A model generated the notes under the pieces. The model saw nothing but the letters and a program-made list of their open reading frames with translations. It was not told where the DNA came from and made no database searches. Source: Raphidiopsis brookii D9 (GTDB taxonomy: Bacteria; Cyanobacteriota; Cyanobacteriia; Cyanobacteriales; Nostocaceae). From it: DNA of 32,000 bases. Below, one piece after another: positions 26,545 to 32,000 of this stretch (its first letter is position 1; each line of letters opens with the position of its first letter). The stretch covers positions 1 to 32,000 of the forward strand of contig ACYB01000011.1 in NCBI GenBank assembly GCA_000175855.1, in the 5' to 3' direction. Both the position numbers and the translations under genes were made by a program.

Positions 26545-26555
26545 TAGATACTAAT

Positions 26556-26637
26556 GCGGATGTGGCGGAATTGGCAGACGCGCTAGATTTAGGTTCTAGT
26601 TCCGACAGGAGTGAAGGTTCAAGTCCTTTCATCCGCA
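26556..26637 (+). tRNA. tRNA-Leu, anticodon UAG
   Basis: Folded by hand. The acceptor stem is GCGGATG/CATCCGC with discriminator A. The anticodon stem is CTAGA/TCTAG with loop TTTAGGT (anticodon TAG). It has a long variable arm (TCC-GACA-GGA) and a T arm GAAGG-TTCAAGT-CCTTT. CCA is not encoded. Confidence 0.9.
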
Positions 26638-26706
26638 TTATATAGGCCCGTGCACAATCTATTCAGTGCTTACAAGGTAATAGAAACATAACGGTTTAGT
26701 AGTTTT

Positions 26707-27327
26707 ATGGATAATATACAACGTCCATCAATTCTCAAAGTCGGTGAAACCTATACCTTTCGGAAATACTTCGATTTAAAATTTGCCCCTGGTGATATTT
26801 TAAGAGAATTAGGTGCAAATTTAATTAAGACTGGGATTGATCTACCAACGAGTAAGAATGAGATTACTAGATTGGAGGATTTAAAACAGAGATTAGAAGA
26901 GGCAATTCAAATAGTCAATCTCACCAGTGAAGCAGCTAGAAGAGAGGTTTTAATAGCTCCAATTTTATTAGAAATTGCCCACATTACCCGGTCCACCATT
27001 AATATAGAATACCCTATAGAAATCAACCAATTTTTGCGGGGAGATTTAGACTATTACCTAAAATCTGAACACCAAATATTGGTTGTGGAAGCCAAACAAG
27101 CGGATTTAACTAGAGGTTTTACTCAACTTGCTGTGGAACTAATTGCCCTAAATGAATGGACATGGAGGACCGAACCGATATTGTATGGAGCAGTAACCAC
27201 AGGAGAAATTTGGCAATTTGGTAGTTTTCAACCTGAGAGCAAACTGGTTACCCAGGATCTAATGCTATATCGCGTCCCTATGGATTTGGAAATACTCATG
27301 AAAGTATTAGTGGGCATTTTAACCTAA
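26707..27327 (+). CDS. Hypothetical protein with a PD-(D/E)xK nuclease-like core (HsdR-N-terminal-like)
   Basis: RGDLDYYLKSEHQILVVEAKQADLTRGFTQLAVEL fits the D...(E)xK...Q pattern of restriction-endonuclease-fold domains. The rest is unrecognised. Confidence 0.45.
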   Translation: MDNIQRPSILKVGETYTFRKYFDLKFAPGDILRELGANLIKTGIDLPTSKNEITRLEDLKQRLEEAIQIVNLTSEAARREVLIAPILLEIAHITRSTINIEYPIEINQFLRGDLDYYLKSEHQILVVEAKQADLTRGFTQLAVELIALNEWTWRTEPILYGAVTTGEIWQFGSFQPESKLVTQDLMLYRVPMDLEILMKVLVGILT

Positions 27328-27335
27328 TTATAGCC

Positions 27336-27368
27336 AAAGGCTGTGGTTTTACTCATTACAGCCTTTTT
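27336..27368. terminator. Bidirectional intrinsic terminator between convergent genes
   Basis: A perfect 9-bp stem, aaaggctgt (27336-27344) / acagccttt (27358-27366), with a 13-nt loop. It has an A-rich 5' side and a T-rich 3' side. It lies between the stop at 27327 (+) and the aspS stop at 27402 (-). Confidence 0.55.
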
Positions 27369-27401
27369 CTACCTATATTTAAACTACATTTAAATAACAG
27401 G

Positions 27402-29198
27402 TCAAAGGCTACCTTCTTTAGGTTTTGTAGTGGAAGCTACATGAAGTTCTTTTAATTGCTTAAGCTCTACCATGGCAGGTGCATCGGTCAATAAACAGCG
27501 AGCTTGTTGGGTTTTGGGAAAAGCGATCACATCACGAATGGACTCTTCTTGAGCTAGTAACATAACTAGTCTATCCACCCCATAAGCGATTCCACCATGG
27601 GGAGGTGTGCCATACTCAAAAGCTTCTAAAAGAAAACCAAATTTGTTTCGTGCTTCCTCTGAACTAAGCCCAATAGTCTCAAATACTCGCGCTTGTATTT
27701 CTCGCTGGTAAATCCTTAAACTTCCTCCACCTACTTCAAATCCATTTAACACTAAATCATAGGCTTGAGCGCGAGCAGTCTTCAAATCATGTAAATCATC
27801 CGGGTGGGGAGCAGTAAATGGATGATGTAAAGCTTCTAATCTTTTTTCGTTAGCATTCCATTCAAACATAGGAAATTCTGTAATCCAGAGGAAGTTCATC
27901 TTCCCGGGAGGAATCAAGTTAAACTCCCTAGCAATAAACTGGCGCAATCTGTCTAAAGTCTTATTAACAACAGAAGCATCAGCAGCAGCAAAAAGTAATA
28001 AGTGTCCCTCCTTTGCAGCAGTTCTAGTTAAAATTTCTTGTTTTTGTGCCGTTGTTAAATTGTCCTTAATTGCACCAATAGTGTCAATTTCCCCATTATC
28101 CCTAACCCGAATATATGCTAAACCTTTTGCACCAGCTTCTGCTGCTTCTCGAAAAATGTCTCCACCGGGTTTAATCCTTACGTTGGAAATGGCATCATTC
28201 CCATGGGGAATAGGTAAGATTTTCACCATACCCCCCCCAGCAACCACATCCCTGAACACCTTGAAACCACAATCTTGGACCACGTCAGAAACATCCACCA
28301 GTTCCAAACCATAGCGGGTATCTGGTTTATCCGTACCATACTTATGCATGGCATCCTGATATCTTAACCGGGGAAAGGGATGGGGTAGGTCAATATCTTG
28401 AACGGTTTTGAAAATATGACAAACTAATTTTTCGTTCAGCTGGATAATTTCCTCTTCTGACATGAAACTCATTTCCATATCCAGTTGGGTAAACTCTGGT
28501 TGTCGGTCTGCACGCAAATCCTCATCCCGAAAACAGCGAGCAATTTGATAGTACCTATCCATCCCCGATACCATTAATATTTGTTTGAATAACTGGGGGG
28601 ATTGGGGTAAGGCAAACCATTGACCTTCATTAACCCGACTAGGAAGAATATAGTCCCGAGCACCTTCAGGAGTAGAACGGGTCAAAACAGGAGTTTCTAT
28701 TTCTATAAAACCCTCCTGGTCTTCTAAATAACGACGCATGGCTTTGACCACTTGATGGCGCAGTTGTATGTTCTTAGCCATCCGTTCCCGTCGTAAGTCC
28801 AAATAACGATATTTTAACCGCACGTCCTCCCTCACATTCTCTGTCTCCCCACTGGAAACCTGAAAAGGTAAATTCTTACTAACAGAATTGAGCAGTTCTA
28901 TATGATCTGCGTATACTTCTACTTCACCCGTGAGCAGACGGGGATTTAGTGATTCAGCTGGACGCTCCGTCACTCTACCAATGATTTTGACGACATATTC
29001 GTTGCGTATGCTATTGGCTATTTGATAAGATTCCGGAGTCCGCTGTGGATCGCTTACAACTTGTACAATACCAGAGCGATCGCGCAGGTCTAGGAAAATT
29101 ACACCTCCATGATCCCGGTGACGGTCTACCCAACCATATAATATTACATTTTCTCCAATATGATGTTTTCGAGGTTCCCCGCAATAGTGAGTTCGCAT
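27402..29198 (-). CDS. aspS: Aspartate--tRNA ligase (class IIb)
   Basis: MRTHYCGE...[20 protein letters not shown] (OB fold), class II motifs [18 protein letters not shown] and GGGSLRI, and the insertion domain. The start is at ATG 29198; the track's extra 22 upstream codons are not AspRS-like. Confidence 0.93.
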   Translation of the reverse strand: MRTHYCGEPRKHHIGENVILYGWVDRHRDHGGVIFLDLRDRSGIVQVVSDPQRTPESYQIANSIRNEYVVKIIGRVTERPAESLNPRLLTGEVEVYADHIELLNSVSKNLPFQVSSGETENVREDVRLKYRYLDLRRERMAKNIQLRHQVVKAMRRYLEDQEGFIEIETPVLTRSTPEGARDYILPSRVNEGQWFALPQSPQLFKQILMVSGMDRYYQIARCFRDEDLRADRQPEFTQLDMEMSFMSEEEIIQLNEKLVCHIFKTVQDIDLPHPFPRLRYQDAMHKYGTDKPDTRYGLELVDVSDVVQDCGFKVFRDVVAGGGMVKILPIPHGNDAISNVRIKPGGDIFREAAEAGAKGLAYIRVRDNGEIDTIGAIKDNLTTAQKQEILTRTAAKEGHLLLFAAADASVVNKTLDRLRQFIAREFNLIPPGKMNFLWITEFPMFEWNANEKRLEALHHPFTAPHPDDLHDLKTARAQAYDLVLNGFEVGGGSLRIYQREIQARVFETIGLSSEEARNKFGFLLEAFEYGTPPHGGIAYGVDRLVMLLAQEESIRDVIAFPKTQQARCLLTDAPAMVELKQLKELHVASTTKPKEGSL

Positions 29199-29320
29199 AG
29201 TAAGTTCTTTTTTCGGTCTGAAATAAATAAATGTCAAGATTTGCCCATTGTAGATCATAGGCAAAAAGCAGGCAAAGATTTGAGAATATAGACGGTTTCA
29301 CCTAGAAGATCCCAAAGATC

Positions 29321-30664
29321 TCACTCCACCAGTTCACCACTTAAACTAAAAGCGCGAACCTCCTGAATTTTTACCCTGACCATTCTTCCTCTCAGTTGGT
29401 TGATATCCCCCTGAAAGAAGGCCAGACGGTTCCCTCTGGTTCTACCCATAACCTGGGATTGATCCTTGGGATTTTGATCTTCTACCAATACTTCCTCCAT
29501 TCTCCCCAGATAACGCTGCGATCGCTGTGCTGCTTTCACATTCACTAAGTGATTCAATCTTTGCAAGCGATCGCTCTTGATTTCTTCACTCAACTGATTA
29601 TCCCACAGTGCTGCTGGAGTACCGGGACGGGGTGAATAAGCAGCAGTATTTAAATGGTCAAATCCAATGTCATCAACCAATTGTAGAGTATTTTGAAACT
29701 GTATTTCTGTTTCTCCGGGAAATCCCACAATAGCATCTGCGCTGATAGAAGCATCTGGCATATAGCTACGAATTGTGTTAATAATCCGCCGATATTTTTC
29801 TTGAGTATAACCTCGGGACATGGCCTTCAGTATTTCATTATCTCCGGATTGAAAGGGAATATGAAAGTGTTCACAAATTTTGGGTAGCTCTGCACATGCT
29901 TTAATTAACCTTTCTGTAAAGTAGCGAGGGTGACTAGTAGCAAATCTAATTCTTTCGATACCCGGCACATCGTGAACATAATAGAGTAAATCGGTAAAAG
30001 TGTGCAAATTGCGACCTTCAGTGGTTGAACCGGGTAGATCTCTGCCATAAGCATCAATATTTTGACCCAAAAGAGTGATTTCTCGATAACCCTGTTGACC
30101 CAGAATTTCCATTTCTCCACGAATAGCTTCGGGGGTACGAGACTGCTCCACACCCCGGACATTAGGGACTACACAATAGGTACAACGTTCATTACAACCA
30201 TAAATTACGTTCACCCAAGCAGTTACCCGACTATCACGACGGGGCTGGGTAATATCCTCTAAAATGTGTACCTCTTCTGTAGCTACCACTTGATTGCCCG
30301 CAAAAACCGAATCCAATAAATCCTGCAAGCGGTTAGCATATTGGGGACCCATAACTAAATCTAATTCTGGCACTCGTCGCAACAAAGCCTGACCTTCTTG
30401 TTGTGCCACGCAACCAGCAACAACTAGAGTCAAATCCGGTTCTTGGTGTTTACGTTTGGCCTGTCTACCCAAATAAGAGTAAACTTTTTGTTCTGCATTG
30501 TCCCGAATAGTGCAAGTATTATAGACAATCAGATTAGCATTCTGAGGATTTTCTGACCATTCAAAGCCCATATCTTCCAGTATACCAGCCATGCGCTCTG
30601 AGTCAGCTTTATTCATTTGGCAACCGAATGTGGTAATGTGATAACGACGAGGTAAACCATTCAT
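29321..30664 (-). CDS. miaB: tRNA-2-methylthio-N6-dimethylallyladenosine synthase
   Basis: It has the UPF0004 N-terminus [11 protein letters not shown], the radical-SAM [11 protein letters not shown] motif and a C-terminal TRAM domain. Confidence 0.93.
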   Translation of the reverse strand: MNGLPRRYHITTFGCQMNKADSERMAGILEDMGFEWSENPQNANLIVYNTCTIRDNAEQKVYSYLGRQAKRKHQEPDLTLVVAGCVAQQEGQALLRRVPELDLVMGPQYANRLQDLLDSVFAGNQVVATEEVHILEDITQPRRDSRVTAWVNVIYGCNERCTYCVVPNVRGVEQSRTPEAIRGEMEILGQQGYREITLLGQNIDAYGRDLPGSTTEGRNLHTFTDLLYYVHDVPGIERIRFATSHPRYFTERLIKACAELPKICEHFHIPFQSGDNEILKAMSRGYTQEKYRRIINTIRSYMPDASISADAIVGFPGETEIQFQNTLQLVDDIGFDHLNTAAYSPRPGTPAALWDNQLSEEIKSDRLQRLNHLVNVKAAQRSQRYLGRMEEVLVEDQNPKDQSQVMGRTRGNRLAFFQGDINQLRGRMVRVKIQEVRAFSLSGELVE

Positions 30665-31286
30665 AGTAAATTACGCTTAATCAATTTTACTTACTTTACT
30701 TACTTTATAGTAGCGAGGAATTAGCAATTAACTTAATATAACCCAATTATTTAGAATGAGGTATTAGCCTGTAAATCAATCTTTCTTTATCACATATATG
30801 ATATATTAGTCAATATATCCTAGGGTAGATATTAACTATGTCTTAGGGTAGATGAGAGAGAGAGGAAAACGTTATATCTTCTACATGAGATATAACTAAA
30901 GTCTATTCATGGGAATACTCTAGTCAAAGCTGGGTTGTTTTAACAATTGCAGTCAATCAATTATCAAACTCCTTGCTTGCAAAAAACATTAATGACTTCA
31001 AAATACCTCTAAAAGGTCTCTACCTACATAGAAACTGATTAGGGGTATTTTTATTGATAATGATTTAACGAGTTTATTTAAAAGTATGTGGTATCCTAAT
31101 TCAAGATTAATTAATACAATAATCGTCACTTGTCATCAACCAATCATATAAAATATTAAAATAGAAGATAAATCCTTTTGCTATTATAGCTTTAGTCAGA
31201 ATGCTGGGTAAAAGTGAGAGCAGGCGTTTTGACTCATTTTGGGGCTATAAAGCCAAAACAGTTAAGTAGGTTATCAAGCGAATCGC

Positions 31287-32000
31287 ATGAAAAGTAAACA
31301 GAAAAAAGCCAATCAAATACTAACAGGCGTTGCCATACTCAGCATAGTCTTTTCGCCCAGTTTTGTCCTAGCAACCCCACCGCGAAATCCAGACAAAATC
31401 GTTAACTGTGAAATTCTCATTGTAGGTGGTGGACTTTCAGGAATTGCCACAGCTTACGAAAGTTTACTAACAGGGAACACAGTTTGTTTAACTGAAATAA
31501 CTGACTGGTTAGGGGGACAAATTTCCGCCCAGGGTACATCAGCACTAGATGAAAGACCAACCCAACGGATCAAAAGATTTTACTCTCGCGGGTATTTAGA
31601 ATTAAGAGACCGGATTGCCAAAAAATATGGGACAATTAACCCTGGTGACTGTTGGGTAAGCGACTCTTGTTTTCTCCCCGGGGATGGTCATAGGATTCTT
31701 TACCAAATGTTGCAAGATGCACAAAACAAAGGAAGAGGAAAATTACACTTTTTTCCCAATACCGTGGTTAAAGATCTAGAGATTTCTCAAAATGGTAAGA
31801 TCATTAACAGCGCGATCGCAATTCAACATCAACCAGCGAAAAATGCACCACCGCTGAATACATTCCCCCTATCTCAGACCATAGAGGATTCTTACAGTTA
31901 TAAAAACTCATCCAGCTTGGATAAAACCATTATCCGTTTTGTTCCCAAAACATCCCCAAAAACCAAACAATGGTATATTGTGGATGCTACTGAAACTGGG
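31287..32000 (+). CDS. Secreted FAD-dependent oxidoreductase, N-terminal 238 codons; continues past the right edge
   Basis: From ATG 31287 it reads MKSKQKKANQILTGVAILSIVFSPSFVLA (signal-peptide-like), then ILIVGGGLSGIATA (GxGxxG dinucleotide fold). The frame is open to position 32000. It is absent from the ORF track because it is open-ended. Confidence 0.7.
   Translation, partial: MKSKQKKANQILTGVAILSIVFSPSFVLATPPRNPDKIVNCEILIVGGGLSGIATAYESLLTGNTVCLTEITDWLGGQISAQGTSALDERPTQRIKRFYSRGYLELRDRIAKKYGTINPGDCWVSDSCFLPGDGHRILYQMLQDAQNKGRGKLHFFPNTVVKDLEISQNGKIINSAIAIQHQPAKNAPPLNTFPLSQTIEDSYSYKNSSSLDKTIIRFVPKTSPKTKQWYIVDATETG

Noticed and set aside
26556-27401. A tRNA-Leu-targeted genomic island
   Set aside because: There is no integrase and no repeat of the tRNA 3' end downstream. 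Only one gene lies before a terminator and the conserved aspS.
29199-29301. 22-codon upstream extension of aspS and the overlapping 96-aa ORF 29011-29301
   Set aside because: The extension is not AspRS-like, and the conserved OB-fold N-terminus starts at MRTHYCGE (ATG 29198). The 96-aa ORF is an alternative frame over the aspS 5' end.

Overview
This is a cyanobacterial chromosome segment. It carries 16 perfect HIP1 octamers (GCGATCGC), psbA, glcE/glcF and ftsH. The AT-richness and gene content fit a filamentous Nostocales-type genome, but that placement is inference only. Most of the window is ordinary housekeeping. On the + strand: a tandem histidine-phosphatase protein, a dihydroorotase-like protein, ung, gatB, argJ, glcE, glcF, a class-IV aminotransferase, ftsH, alr and tRNA-Leu(UAG). 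On the - strand: aspS, miaB, tilS, a DHH phosphoesterase and an HNH protein. A partial secreted FAD oxidoreductase sits at the right edge. Three zones are not housekeeping. (1) 256-3830 is a patchwork next to an intact-looking psbA start. It holds a ~80-bp direct repeat pair, a stop-free psbA 3' remnant, an orphan Dam-type methylase, toxin-antitoxin debris, a small RHH gene, and head-on truncated fragments of an EAD-like domain gene and an FGE-sulfatase domain gene. (2) 13400-15716 is an AT-rich three-gene minus-strand operon with no domain I can recognise. Its products all share a DGDI...His module, carried on two soluble paralogues and one membrane protein. This is my best candidate for an undescribed system. 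(3) 18710-22262 is a CheW / TPR-MCP / CheA-like module. It has no CheY, CheR, CheB or Hpt, and its CheA homologue has a visibly degenerate ATP-binding domain, so it looks like a pseudokinase. I also propose a small promoter-plus-terminator unit between gatB and argJ as a candidate sRNA. I found no CRISPR array, transposase or integrase.
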